In this document: positions 48,033 to 60,485 of the stretch, in pieces
How the letters are laid out: each line of letters starts with the position of its first letter
Position numbering within the stretch: position 1 is the first letter of the stretch
Assembly: GCF_030028105.1 (NCBI RefSeq)
Contig: NC_092374.1
Span: 186,032,638 to 186,096,637, forward strand
Direction of reading: 5' to 3'
Origin: Mobula birostris
Taxonomy: Eukaryota
Length of the DNA: 64,000 bases
Translations under genes and position numbers: made by a program
Notes under the pieces: generated by a model
Told to the model about the DNA's origin: nothing
What the model saw: only the letters and a program-made list of their open reading frames with translations
Databases searched by the model: none

Positions 48033-48784
48033 ACTGTCTAGGAATTTCAGTTTGAGTTCATTGAAAGTGGTGTCACAGGTAGACAGGGTGGTGAAAAGAA
48101 CACATAGCATGCTGACCATCTTCAGTCAGGACACTGAGTAGAGGAGATGGGCTTGGTTTCCCTGGAGTGAAGGCAGCTGAGGAGAGACCTTTATAAGTAT
48201 AAAGGGTTGTGAGAGGCATAGATGGGGTAGAGAGTGAAAATCATTTCCCATGGTATGGCAGCGGTATCAAAAACAACTTTTGGGTTTAAGCTGAGAGGAA
48301 GAAGTTTTGAGGGAGATCTGTGAGATTAGTTTTTAAAACAGAGAGTGACTGACATCTGGAACACACTGACAGATGAGGTCGTGTCATGTTTAATAATACA
48401 AGAATGATTTAGAAAGGCATTTAAATAGACAGGGTACCGTTGCTGGTACCGTAAAGCGTTGTGCTAACCACTACACCACCGTGCCATCCCTTACACCACA
48501 GTAACCTCCTGAGAGAGGCTGTTCTGGCTTCATCAGCTCCAGACCACATCACAAACTTGCTCCAAAGTCAGTCCAAAGAGCTGAATTTGAGAGGGGAGAT
48601 GAGAGTGACGGCCCTTATCATCAAAGCAACATTTCACTGAGTGTGGAACTGAGGAGCCTTAAAATAGGTAAGTCAGAGAGATATAACTACAGAAAATGCT
48701 CAGCAGTTCAGGCAGTATCTGTGGAAAGAGAGACAGAATTAATGTTTCAGGTTGAGGACGTCAGAAGTGGGAAAGATTGACAAC

Positions 48785-49570
48785 AGCAAACAACAGGAAT
48801 TCTGCAGATGCTGGAAATTCAAGCAACACACATAAAAGTTGCTGGTGAACGCAGCAGGCCAAGCAGCATCTGTAGGAAGAGGTACAGTCAACGTTTCAGG
48901 CCGAGACCCTTCGTCAGGACTAACTGAAGGAAGAGTGAGTAAGGGATTTGAAAGTGGGAGGGGGAGGGGGAGGGGGAGATCCAAAATGATAGGAGAAGAC
49001 AGGAGGGGGAGGGATGGAGCCAAGAGCTGGACAGGTGATTGGCAAAAGGGATATGAGAGGATCATGGGACAGGAGGTCCGGGAAGAAGGGAAAGGTGGGG
49101 GGGAACCCAGAGGATGGGCAAGAGGTATATTAAGAGGGACAGAGGGAAAAAAAGGAGAGTGAGAGAAAGAATGTGTGTATAAAAATAAGTAACAGATGGG
49201 GTACGAGGGGGAGGTGGGGCATTAGCGAAAGTTAGAGAAGTCGATGTTCATGCCATCAGGTTGGAGGCTACCCAGACAGAATATAAAGTGTTGTTCCTCC
49301 AACCTGAGTGTGGCTTCATCTTTACAGTAGAGGAGGCCGTGGATAGACATGTCAGAATGGGAATGGGATGTGGAATTAAACTGTGTGGCCACTGGGAGAT
49401 CCTGCTTTCTCTGGCGGACAGAGCTAGGTGTTCAGCAAAGCGGTCTCCCAGTCTGCGTCGGGTCTCGCCAATATATAGAGGGCCACATCGGGAGCACCGG
49501 ACGCAGTATATCACCCCAGCCAACTAACAGGTGAATTGTCGCCTCACCTGGAAGGACTGTTTGGGGCCCT
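48785..49570 (-). mobile_element. Penelope-like 3' fragment (GIY-YIG + terminal repeat)
   Basis: VIYCVRCSRCGPLYIGETRRRLGDRFAEH. Confidence 0.9.
48886..48921 (-). ncRNA. Minimal type I hammerhead ribozyme motif (best-preserved copy)
   Basis: AGUC-CUGACGA-AGGGUCUCGGCCU-GAA-ACGU-U^GACU: intact core, helix I AGUC/GACU, palindromic helix III. Confidence 0.7.
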
Positions 49571-50719
49571 GACTGGTTGAGTCTCTGTTGGTCAGGAAAC
49601 CAATGTGATGAGAGTTTAATAGTCCTCAGTAAAGTGAAACGTAATCTCCAGAACACTGACCCGTGCACTGGGTGGCAATGTGGGTATTTACAGTGAATGT
49701 CAGGGGCTGAAGCAGCAGAGGGTGAAGTGAGTCTGTGATACTTGCTGTCAAGCCTCATGAGAATGGAATGTGAAAGTGTAGCCTCTGGCGATGTGTTGCA
49801 CTATTGAAGGGTTAACAAGCTGATTCAGGGCAAGAGGGAGAAGGCCGGCTGGGAGGATTCACTGGTAGTTGCAGTTTGATGGAGTATTTGTGATGGGAGC
49901 TAATCTCGGTGATGAAAAGCCACACTGATGGTGAGATAATGTGTCCCTCAGTGAGAGTGAACCCCCACTGGGATCATGTTTGTGTCCCGGGGATCAGGGG
50001 ACGGGTGTAATCCTGTTGGTGAGTGAGAGACTGGGGCAGCTTGAGTGATCGGGACAGAGTTATGTTTCAGGTCAAAGACTCTTCATCTGATAAGTATTTA
50101 CAACATTTCTATTTTAGAGTTCCACTGTCTGTGGCTTTATTTTAAACACAAGAGATTCTGCAGATGCTGGAAATCCAGAGCAAAACACAAAATGCTTGAG
50201 GAGCTCAGCAGGTCAGGCAGCGTCTATGAAAGTGAACAACCAGTCCTGAAGAAAGGTCTTGGCCCAAAACGTGAACAATTTGTTCATTTCCATCAATACT
50301 GCCTGACTGTTGAGTTCCTCCAGCAGTTTTTATTTTATTTATTTTTAAATTTATTGAGATAGGATGCGGAACAGGCCCTTCTGGCCCTTTGATCAGCGAT
50401 GCCCAGCAACACCCCAGTTTAATCCCCACCCAGTCGCAGGACAATGTAGAATGACCAATTAGCCTATCAACCAGTCCGTCTTTGGACTGTGGGAGGATAC
50501 TGGAGCACCCAGAGGAAACCCACGCTGTCACAGGGTGAAGGTACAAACTCCTTATAGATAGCAGTGGGTGTGTGTTGCTGTGGCTTTATTTATTGATTTC
50601 CTCAAACAAGACTTGTTCACTGCCTCTGATCGATGGGTTTGAGGGTCAGTGCCATTGTGTCGGAAAAGGAAAGGACACGGGTGTTCCAGCGGTGACCAGC
50701 AGAGGGAGTCCCAGGACAA

Positions 50720-51190
50720 TGTAGACTCTACTCCGAAGGGAGATATGCGGTCTGTACAGGGTACCGGTGAGGCTGCACCTGGAGAGTTGCGCATAGTTCA
50801 GGTGTTCTTACCTGTGGAAGGATATACTGCTTTGGAGGCGGTGCAGACGAGGTTCACCAGGTTGATTCCAGATATGAAGGGTTTAGACTGTGAGGCGCCT
50901 GGGACTGTACTGGCTGGAATTCAGAAGAATGAGAGGAGATCTTATAGAAACATATAAAATTACCAAAGGGATAGATAAGATAGAGGCAGGAAAGTTGTTT
51001 CCACTGGTAGGTGAGACTAGGACTAGGGGATATAGCCTATTCAGGGCAGTAGATTTAGGACGGAGATGAGGAGGAACTGCTTTACCCAGAGTGTAGTAAA
51101 TCTGTGGAATTCTGTCCAATGAAGCAGTGGAAGCTACCTCAGTAAATATAATTAAGACAAGGTTGGATAGATTTTTGCATAATAGGGGAA
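50720..51190 (+). mobile_element. CR1 3' fragment
   Basis: VQTRFTRLIP; antisense ORF 50883..51119. Confidence 0.8.
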
Positions 51191-51268
51191 TACAAGAAAC
51201 ACAACAGAGTCACCCAACAGGACAAACAAATAATTCATGCGCAAAAGACAACAAATTCTTCAAATGCA

Positions 51269-51307
<39 letters not shown>
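51269..51307. repeat. (AG)n microsatellite
   Basis: Direct reading of the sequence. Confidence 0.9.
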
Positions 51308-51309
<2 letters not shown>

Positions 51310-51569
51310 TAGATAGATATTGGGAACATGAGGTACTCTCCACCATATACCTATAGAAGTTTGTTAAAGTTTTAGATGCCACACTGAATCTTCACATACT
51401 TCTAAGGAAGTAGAGGCACTGCCGTGCTTTCTTCATAATTTCACTTACATACTGGGCCTAGGACAGGTTCTCTGAGATGATAACACTGAGGAATTTAAAG
51501 TAGCTGTCCCTCTCCACCTCTGAGGATTGGCTCATGGACCTCTGGTTTCCTCCTCCTGAAGTCACCAGT

Positions 51570-54110
51570 CATCTCCTTGATCTTGCAAACATTGGTTCCA
51601 AAATGTGCTGGCACCTGCGCTCAGGTAATAAGGGGCAGTTGGCACCAATAATGACAGAAAATGCTGACGTGTCACCACCAGCACTGGAGCCACAGCCAGG
51701 GCTGAAACCAGACTGACACTGAGGAAAGAGTGACCACCTCAATCTCCCACCCTCTCCCCCGGACAAAACCGATGACACAGGCAGAGGAAGTGCCAAACAG
51801 GGGAGGTTAAATTGGAAGGGAACCAACAGCAGATACGGATGAGGAAGGAATTCTGCTGAATGCCTCTGCCTCATGAGATTGGGGGCAGACAGATGCCATA
51901 ACCACCCTGCTCCAGTAGAGTGTGAACAACACAGTGTCCAATACATACCAGCGTTGGGAAACCGGGAGTTGTATAAAGGCCAGTAGACCCCCATCCACAC
52001 CCAGCTCCTGGAGTCCGGGAGCAGAAAGGCAGCCGGCGCGCCCCAGTTCAGTGAGGTGGAGGGTGTGGGTCAACTGGAGCAGGATGTTGGAGGAGGAACA
52101 GTGACCAATCTCCCCCCAGACACACCACAACATCCCTCACACATTGGAGGACCATCTGCAGTACCTCAGGCTGTTTACCAAGGTTGTAGGCATGACAGTT
52201 CAGACTGAGTGACAAGTGGATGAGACCTGTGATTCCAGATCTCAAGCATGGAGATACCAACAGGCTCTTTGGACATGCACAGGGAGAAGAAAACTGTGTG
52301 ATGTGTGTTGCCAAGGTCAAGGCTGATGTGACTTTGCCACAAGAGTGTGGTCTACTACATCTCCACAACCACTGCAGGGGGTCACAATGGTGTCCCCATG
52401 GTTTGTTTAAGTGGTTGGGTGAAGAGGTTCTTTGTCTGCAAAGGGGTTCAGAGAGCAAGACAGGATCAGAGGGACCTGTGCAAACTCCAGACAGAGTTGG
52501 ATCAACTTCTCCTGCTGCAGTCAAAGGGGATGGGTGTGAGGGGAGGAGTTACAACAGGTGAAAGACAGGCAACTCCAGCTCTCCCTGCTGAATCCTCCAA
52601 GATCACCTTCCAACCCAGGCCCACACTATGGAACAGGATGGGGAATGCTCACACTTGTTCTAAAAGGCTCACAGTGGGTACCTGTGACCCTCAGTTCTAA
52701 GGAAGAGGGTGTCTCAGTAGCATCCTCACAAATGGACATGTCGAGGATCTGCAGATCCTTCTGTGCCAGTCGTTACGACAGAGCAGTCACGGACAGCACA
52801 GCCTCCCAGAACTTCCTATCCTCAACCAGAAGCAGTAAACGGGAGAGTCTGGACTAACCACTGACCGGGAGAAGCTGACTGGCTCCATCCACTCCTTCCA
52901 CTCAGATAAAATTCCCAGGTGGGTTATACTTGGCTCTGTGGGACTGAAAGGGACCATGCCTGCTGGAAGTGTACAACACTATGCTTCTGGCTGACAGCAT
53001 GTCAGACTCCACAGGGAAGGGCATCATTACCCTCATCCACAAGTAGAAAGGGAGATGGATGACATCAGGAGTTGGTGGTCCATCTCACTGTTGAATGTAG
53101 ATTACAAGATCATGTCCAAGGCCAGGACAGGGTCATCTCTGCTCTAGGATGGATGATCCACCCAGACCAAACCTATGCTGTACCGACAGGAGGATCTTTG
53201 ACAGCCTTGCCCTTGTTGGACATACCATGCCTACGTGTAGGATCAGGGGGAGTGGATGCCTGCCTGATCATTTTGGACCTGGAGAAAGCTGTCCTCAGAA
53301 AATCCAATGCATAAGTGATGGATGTACTCTCCAAAATAAACTTTGAGATGGGATTCAGGAACTGTTCTATACAGATGTATGCAGTACAGTACAAATCAAT
53401 GGGTGGGAAGAAGAGGCAGGGAACAAGTGTGGAGTCAGACTGGTTTTCCATTCCCCCCTCTCTTGTGTGCTGTATAGAACCCATTGCCAAAGTAATCAGG
53501 GTGGATGAGAGCAGAAGAGGGGGTCGTTGCTGGGCAGTAGAGGGATTCAGGTAACAACCTTGTCCATAGGCAATGTCAGCATCTTCTGCTTGGATCCAAG
53601 GTTAGTTCTCAGACTGATCAGCATCTGCTACCAGCTGAAGTTGGCATCAGGGGCCAGGGTTCAACCACATGAAGGGTGAGGCCATGCTCTTCAGCAACTG
53701 GCCCGGCTGATCCAGTGTCCCTTTCACCATTGAGTTCGAATACGTGAATGTGCTCGGGATCTGGTTCGTAGGGGCCACAGTGTAAACAAGAAATGTCTGG
53801 AGTGGATTGGGAAGGTCAACCAGAAATTGGGACTGTGTGGAGGTCGCTCCCTGTCAATAACTGGGAAGAACCTGGTCATCAGGTGTGAGGTGCTCTTGGG
53901 GTTGCTGTACTTGGCACAGAAGTAGGCCACTTCTCCCTACCAGACCCCAACCTCAAACCCCCCACAACCCCTCTTCTCCAACTTGGGAATTACCTGAAAA
54001 ATCTCCAGGTTCCTCTGGGGATCCAAGAAGATGTGGGCCAGATGGGTCGCAATGCAAAAATCACTTTATAACAGGGCCAAAAACGTTCACAATGTCACTC
54101 TCATCCTGAT
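51570..54110 (+). mobile_element. Highly degenerate Tx1-like (L1 clade) LINE
   Basis: W.PISLLNVDYKIMSK (~53075-53120), HPDQTYAVP, ILDLEKA; APE remnant KADVTLPQEC. Confidence 0.7.
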
Positions 54111-54499
54111 TACCACCTTCCCGTGTAGCTACTTCAGGGTGTGTGTGGAAATTAGGCGAAATTTGGTCTGCTGGAAACCTGTTGGTCTCCCGGCAGAGTG
54201 AGAGGTCCCTGAGGGAATGCTGATGACGGACACTCTGAAGTTCGGTGCAGTGTTAAGACTCTGTGGGGAAGGATCTCAGTCTAGGTTCTTTCTGCTACAG
54301 GACAGGAAGGAGCTAAATGGGGTGGATAATCCCCGGAGAGGAAGACCTGCTGCGCTCCTCCAGCATTTTGTGTGTGTTCATGTCAATCTCTTGCTCCTCC
54401 CCTTCTCAAAATATCGTCACGGAGGAACTTTAAAACCCGGATAAGAAATTAATAATTTTTACCAAAAAGGCTAAATGTTATGTATTCACTTGGGATAGT

Positions 54500-54830
54500 T
54501 TAGCCAGTGTTGAGTCTTTGTTGATGCCGAACCGTGCCCCAGCTCCGTGACCGGGCGTGCAGACACTGCTCTCCGTGTGATAGTGAATGGGGCAGTCTCC
54601 CAGAGCAGGTCCGGCACCGAGCGGTCGGGAACGGGCATGGGTCGGGTGAGTGCCAGAACCGGAAAACTTCATTCCCGGGTTGAGAGGCCTGGCTCACCCC
54701 TCAGCCTCTGAATATTTTTACTCGTTCAACTTTTCTGGCTTCTGCTCCAGCCTGGTGTGATCGGTGCCGAAGGTAAGGGAATGAATTCATGTGTGAATGC
54801 AAGAGCCGCAGTCTCCATTTCCGTGCTCGG
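54500..54830 (+). promoter_or_regulatory. CpG-rich patch around the second leader exon
   Basis: Locally high CpG density around an ATG and a splice donor. Confidence 0.4.
54637..54772 (+). pseudogene. Leader (signal-peptide) exon of a probable second paralog, with in-frame TGA at 54709-54711
   Basis: gggcATGG Kozak; MGRVSARTGKLHSRVERPGSPLSL*IFLLVQLFWLLLQPGVIGAE; phase-1 donor GAAG|gtaagg identical to gene 1 exon 1. Confidence 0.5.
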
Positions 54831-55544
54831 AGACTGTGGTGTCACAACAGATTGCTGACTGAACGAGCTTTGCGAGCTGAAGTTTGATGTCCAAGGCATA
54901 AGTATGTATAAATAAATGACGCGACTATTAGCTTTTTTAACAGCACAGTACATTAAAAACATGACAAATATCATTAACTTTGTTCACGTGACTGAAATTA
55001 TACACAATTTACATGAACAAATAAATACAACACATTGGTGCCAGCTGAGTGAGAGAAAGAGGTAATGTTCGGGGTTTTCAGTTCAATTCCAGAGCCTGAC
55101 TGTAATAGTAAATTGGAGGGACATGTAAGACTCTTGTTTTGCATGTCATACAGAACTACTGCGACATCAGTACATTGAGGCGGTACAAGGGACTGTGTAC
55201 AACAATGGAATGAGGTATGAAGTGTTACAGTTCCCCAGAAAGCTCAGTGCAAGCAGACTGTGAGGTGAAAGGGCATGATGAGGTCAATTGTGAGGTCAAG
55301 TCTCCATCTCATCGTACTAGGGAACCATTCGAGGATCCATGAACACATTTATTTGCCATAAATATTAATATGTATTTGGAATTTGCTGTAAACACGAGAG
55401 GTCCTGATGAAGGGTCTCAGCCCAAAACGTCTATTGCTCATTAATTTCTGTAGCTGCTGCCTTACTTGCTGAGTTCCTCCACCATTTTGTGTGTGTTGCT
55501 GCAAATTTGCTGTTTCTGTGCTGGCCTGACATGAACGTTGTCCT

Positions 55545-57845
55545 TCAGAGATCAAAGTATTGAGTACAGGAGTTGGGATTTTATGTTGAAGTTGTGTTGA
55601 AGTTGAAGTTATCAGGCCTAATTCGGAGTATTGTGTGCAAGTTTTTGTCACCTACCACAGGAAGGTTGTAGAAGATTGAAAGAGAAAATTTATAAGGATG
55701 TTGTTGGGACTGGAGGACCTGAGTTATAAGGAAAGATTGAATAGGTTAGAACTTTATTCCCTAGAACGTAGAAGACTGAGGGGAGATTTGATAGAGGTAT
55801 ACAAAATTATGAGGGGTATAGATGGGGTAAATGCAAGCAGGCTTTTTCTACTGAGGTTGAGTGGGACTACAACTGAAGGTCATGAGATGAAGGTGAAAGG
55901 TGAAATGTTTAAGGGGAACATGAGGGGATCTTCTTCACCCGGGGGTGGTGAGGGTGTGGAATGAGCGGCCAGTGCAAGTGATTTCAATTTCAGTGTTCAA
56001 GAGAAATTTGGATAGGTACATAGATGGGAGTGGTGTGGAGGGCTATGGTTTGGGTGGAGGTCAATGAAACTAGAAGGTTTAAATGGTTCAGTATGGACAG
56101 GATGGGCCGAAGAGCCTGCTTCTGAGCTGTAGTTTTCTAGGAATATGACTTTAAAAGAAAAGTATTCAATCATTTAAAATAATGAATGATATAAAAGTAA
56201 ACTCATTGGTTAAAGTACAGATATGGAACATAATGTGTATCAATGCATAAATTCCAGCCTCTGTTCACAATGTAAACAATTTTATAAAAAGTGGTTTACA
56301 GTGCAGTCCAGTGACTGAGGTAATAGATGGAGGTGGGGCTAACTCAGATAATTGGTCTGATTAACTACCTGGTGAAGAAACTTTTAAGATATGAAGTTTT
56401 TGTTTCAATAGTCTCATAATAGGTGGGTAGGAATTGTCCTTGAGCCTGGTGGGACGAGCTTTCAGGCTTTTGTATCTACTGCCCGATGGGAGAGCGGAGA
56501 AGAGAGAGTGTCCGGGGTGGATGGGTCTTTGATTGTGCTGACTGCTTTCCTGAGGCAGCGAGGAGTGTCAACAGAGTCCAGAAACTGTCTCCGAGCTCCT
56601 ATACCTCTTGCCTGATGCCAGCATCAAGATGAAGACATGTCTGGGACAGTCAACGTCGTTGATTATGGAATTCTCAGAAGTTTCGTTTTGACTTTTTATG
56701 CAGGTGGAATTAAGATTTTAAGACCATGAGATATAGGAACAGAATTAGGCCATTTGGCCCAATGAGTCTGCTCCACCATTCAATCATTGTTAATCCAGTT
56801 TCCTTGTCAGCCCCAAACTGCTGCCTCCACCCCACCCATGTCCCTCCATGCCCTGATTAATGAAGGATCTCTCAGCCACTGCCTTAAATATACCAAATGA
56901 CTTGGCCTCCAAAGCAGCAATGAATTCTACAAAGTCACTCCTCTCTGGCTGAGGAAATTCCTCCCCATCTCCATTGTAAAGTTATGCCCCTCTATTCTGA
57001 GGCTGTGTCCTCAGTCTCAGACTCCCCCACCTTAGGAATCATCCTATGACAGTGTGCAGTCAGACTGTCAGGAAGGGCAGCCGGATAATAGGACAAAATT
57101 ACAGCCAGCAGGACGAATATCAGTGCATTAGGGATGCAGAATCAAAAAGGCTGGCAGAAACAGTAGTCAGAGTGTTATATCTCAATGTATGGAGTACTGT
57201 ACAAGAAATAAGGTAAATGAACTTGTTCCACTTTTACAGATTGTTGGGTATGATGTTGTGGCCATCACTGAATCGTGGCTGAAGGATGGTTGTACGGTAG
57301 ATGGAAACTGAATGTCCAGGGTCACACATTGTAACGGAGGGATAGGAAGGTAGGCAAAGGGATTGGCGTAGCTCTGCTGTTTCAGAAAAATGGCATCAAA
57401 TCATCAGAAAGGTGTGATATAGGATTGGAAGATGTTGAATCCTTGTGGGTTGAGTTATGAAACTGCAAGGGTAAAAGGACCCTGATGGCATTTATATACA
57501 GGTCTCTCACAGTGGATCACAGATTACAAAGGGAAATAGCAAAGGCGTGTCAAAGGGTTAATGTTATGATAGTCATGGGAGATTTTAACATGCAGGCAGA
57601 TTGGGAAAATCAGGTTGGTAATGGATCCCAAGAGAGTGAAATTGTCAAATGCCTACGAGATGGCTTTTTAGAACAATTTGTCGTTAAGCCTACTAGATGA
57701 TCGGCTATACTAGATTGAGTGTTATATAATGAACCTGCGGCAATTAGGGAGCTTAAGGTAAAGGAAGCAATAGGAGAAAGTGATCATAATATGATCGAGT
57801 TCAACTTGAAATTTGATAGGGAGAAAGTAAAGCCTGACACAGCAA
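55545..57845. mobile_element. CR1 fragments (55545-56140 plus RT end; 56718-57050 minus; 57050-57845 plus APE region)
   Basis: ORF 55698..55964 and ORF 57485..57700 (VMGDFNMQ..CLRDGFLEQ). Confidence 0.8.
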
Positions 57846-57854
57846 TATTTCATT

Positions 57855-59987
57855 CTTTTTCAATCTTATTAATTTTCAAATTTATAAATATATCAACAAT
57901 ATTAGTACACAAAGATTGGGATTACATTCTTGATAAATAACATTTGCAAATATAAACTGCAGATAATACAGGTATAATAGGTCTCCCAAACTCTTAATAT
58001 AATTAAGCATGATAAAAGGATAAATAAAAAAAACGAAGAGAAAAAAAAAACCCGAATTAGAAAAAAAAAACTAAATTAAACTAAACTAAACAAAGCTGGG
58101 CTAACATATTACATCGAATACAATCATTAATGTAATTAACTCCACTCCTCTGTCCATATACTTTAGGTTAATAAAAAGGATTCGGAAAAGTTCAAGCCAC
58201 ATCATGTGAAAGTGTTGAATAAATGGCCTCCAAGTCTCTTCAAATTTAACCGAAGGATCAGAGGTGTCACTTCTTATTTTCTCTAAATTTAAACATGATA
58301 TAGTTTGGGAAAACCATTGTAATATAGTAGCAGGATTGATCTCTTTCCAATTCAATAAGATAAATCTTCTAGCCGTTAACGTAAGAAATGCAATCATCCG
58401 ACAAGCTGAAGAGGATAAATAGCTACGTTCCATCATTGGTAAACCAAAAATTGCAGTAATAGGATGAGGTTGTAAATCAACACGCAAAACTGTTGAAAGA
58501 CTATCAAAGATATCTTTCCAATATTTATCCAAAAAAGGTCAAGACCAGAACATATGAGTCAAAGAAGCCACCTCAGAATGATATCTGTCACAGACAGGAC
58601 TTATATGAGAGTAAAAACGAGCTAGTTTATCATTAGACATGTGGGCCCTAAGCACCTCCTTAAATTGTATCAATGTATGTTTAGCACATAGAGAGGAAAG
58701 AACTAATTGAAAAATTTTCTCCCATTTTTCTATAGGTAACTGCAGTTGAAGTTCTCTTTCCCATTCAATCATAATTTTATCAGATATACCTGGGTGTATT
58801 TTCATAATCAAATCATAAATGGTTGCAATTAAACCCTTCTGATCAGGGTTTAAACGTAAAATTCTTTCCGTAGTATCAGTTGGATATGAAGTTGGAAAAG
58901 TAGGTAACATAGTATTTAAAAAATTTCTAATTTGTAAGTGCCTAAAAAAATGGGATCTAGGCAAACTATATTTATTAGATAGCTGTTCAAAAGACATGAA
59001 ACAGTTATCCAAGAATAAATCAGAAAAACATATTATACCCTTCATTTTCCACTCCAAATAAGCTTGATCCATAACAGAGGATTGGAAAAAAAATTAGATG
59101 TAATAGGGCTTGATAAAATAAATTGGTTCAAACCAAAAAATTTATGAAGTTGAAACCATATTCGTAGTGTATGTTTAATTACAGTATTGGATTAACCAAT
59201 TTTTTTATTCAATTTAGAAAGAGCAAAGAGAAGGGAAGTCCCTAAAACAGAAACAAAAGAAAACTCTTGTACAGATTTACATTCATGGTTTACCCATGTG
59301 GACCTGAAGTTATATCCAAATCTTGTGTCCAAAATATTAAATATCAAATATTAATTGCCCAGTAATAAAACCTAAAATTCGTCAATGCCAAACCACCATC
59401 TTTTTTAGACTTCTGTAAATATTTTTAACTTAATCTAGGATTTTTTTTCTGCCATATGTATGAAGAAATTTTAGAGTCTCAAGTATCAAAAAAGGATTTA
59501 GAAATAAAAATTGGTAACGCTTGAAAGAGATATAAAAATTTAGGTAAAATAATCATCTTAATAGCATTAATTCGACCAAACAGTGATAAAGACAACGGGG
59601 ACCATTTAGAAAACATTTGTTTAACCTGATTAATTAAAGGTAAAAAATTGTGCTTAAATAAATCCTTATGCTTTTTAGTAATGTTAACACCCAGATATGT
59701 AAATAGTCAGTAACCAATCTGAATGGTGAACGTCTACAAATTGGAAGCTGCATATTTATAGGGAAGAGTTCACTCTTATTAAGATTCAGTTTGTAACCAA
59801 AAAAGTTATTAAACTGAGCAAGCAGGGATATTACTGCCGGAATGGATTTCTCAGGGATAGAAATATATAGTGACAAATCATCAGCATATAGTGATAGCTT
59901 ACGTATTTCATTCCCACAGATAATGCCAAATATATTAGGTGAGTCACGAATAGCAATAGCTAAAGGTTCCAAGGCGATGGGATACTT
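57855..59987 (-). mobile_element. 5'-truncated L1-type LINE (fish L1-like): RT C-terminal part, zinc-knuckle region and 3' UTR
   Basis: SLYADD, LNLNKSE, PVCDRY..SLTHMFWS, KFEETWRPF; AT-rich 3' end on the left. Confidence 0.88.
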
Positions 59988-60485
59988 CCACACACCAACC
60001 AATCTCTGAGTAAAAAACCTTACTCTAATAACCCCCTTGAACTTCCCACCCCTTACCTTAAAGCCATGTCCTCTTGTATTGAGCTGTGGTGCCCTGGGGA
60101 AGAGGTGCTGGCTGTCCACTCTATCCATTCCTCTTAATATCTTGTATACCTCTATCATGTCTCCTCTCATCCTCCTTCTCTCCAAAGAGTAAAGCCCTAG
60201 CTCCCTTAATCTAAGGGTACCCGTTTAAAACAGAGATGAAGAGAAATTTTTTTAGCCAGAGGGGCGTGGATTTATGGAATTCGTTGCCACATACAGCTGT
60301 GGAGGCCCGATCATTCAGGGTGTTTAAGGAGGAGATTGATAGGTATCTAATTAGTCAGGGTATCAAGGGATATGGGGAAAAAGCCGGAAACTGGAACTAG
60401 ATGGGAGAATAGTTTAGCTCATGATGGAGTGGCGAAGCAGACTCGATGGGCCGAATGGCCTACTTCTGTTCCTTTGTCTTGTGAT
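59988..60485. mobile_element. Two CR1 3' fragments in opposite orientation
   Basis: [10 protein letters not shown] on minus (59988-60215); CR1 tail on plus (60216-60485). Confidence 0.8.

Noticed and set aside
47776-48141. Leu/Ser-rich 121-aa membrane-like ORF
   Set aside because: It is a translation of the CT-rich microsatellite.
49570-50050. Possible L1/Tx1 endonuclease remnant (TVNVRG)
   Set aside because: Only one short motif followed by stops; insufficient to call.
59634-60185. 183-aa ORF fusing CR1 and L1 RT peptides
   Set aside because: It results from two adjacent degenerate fragments that happen to be in frame. A template-switch origin cannot be supported without a TSD.
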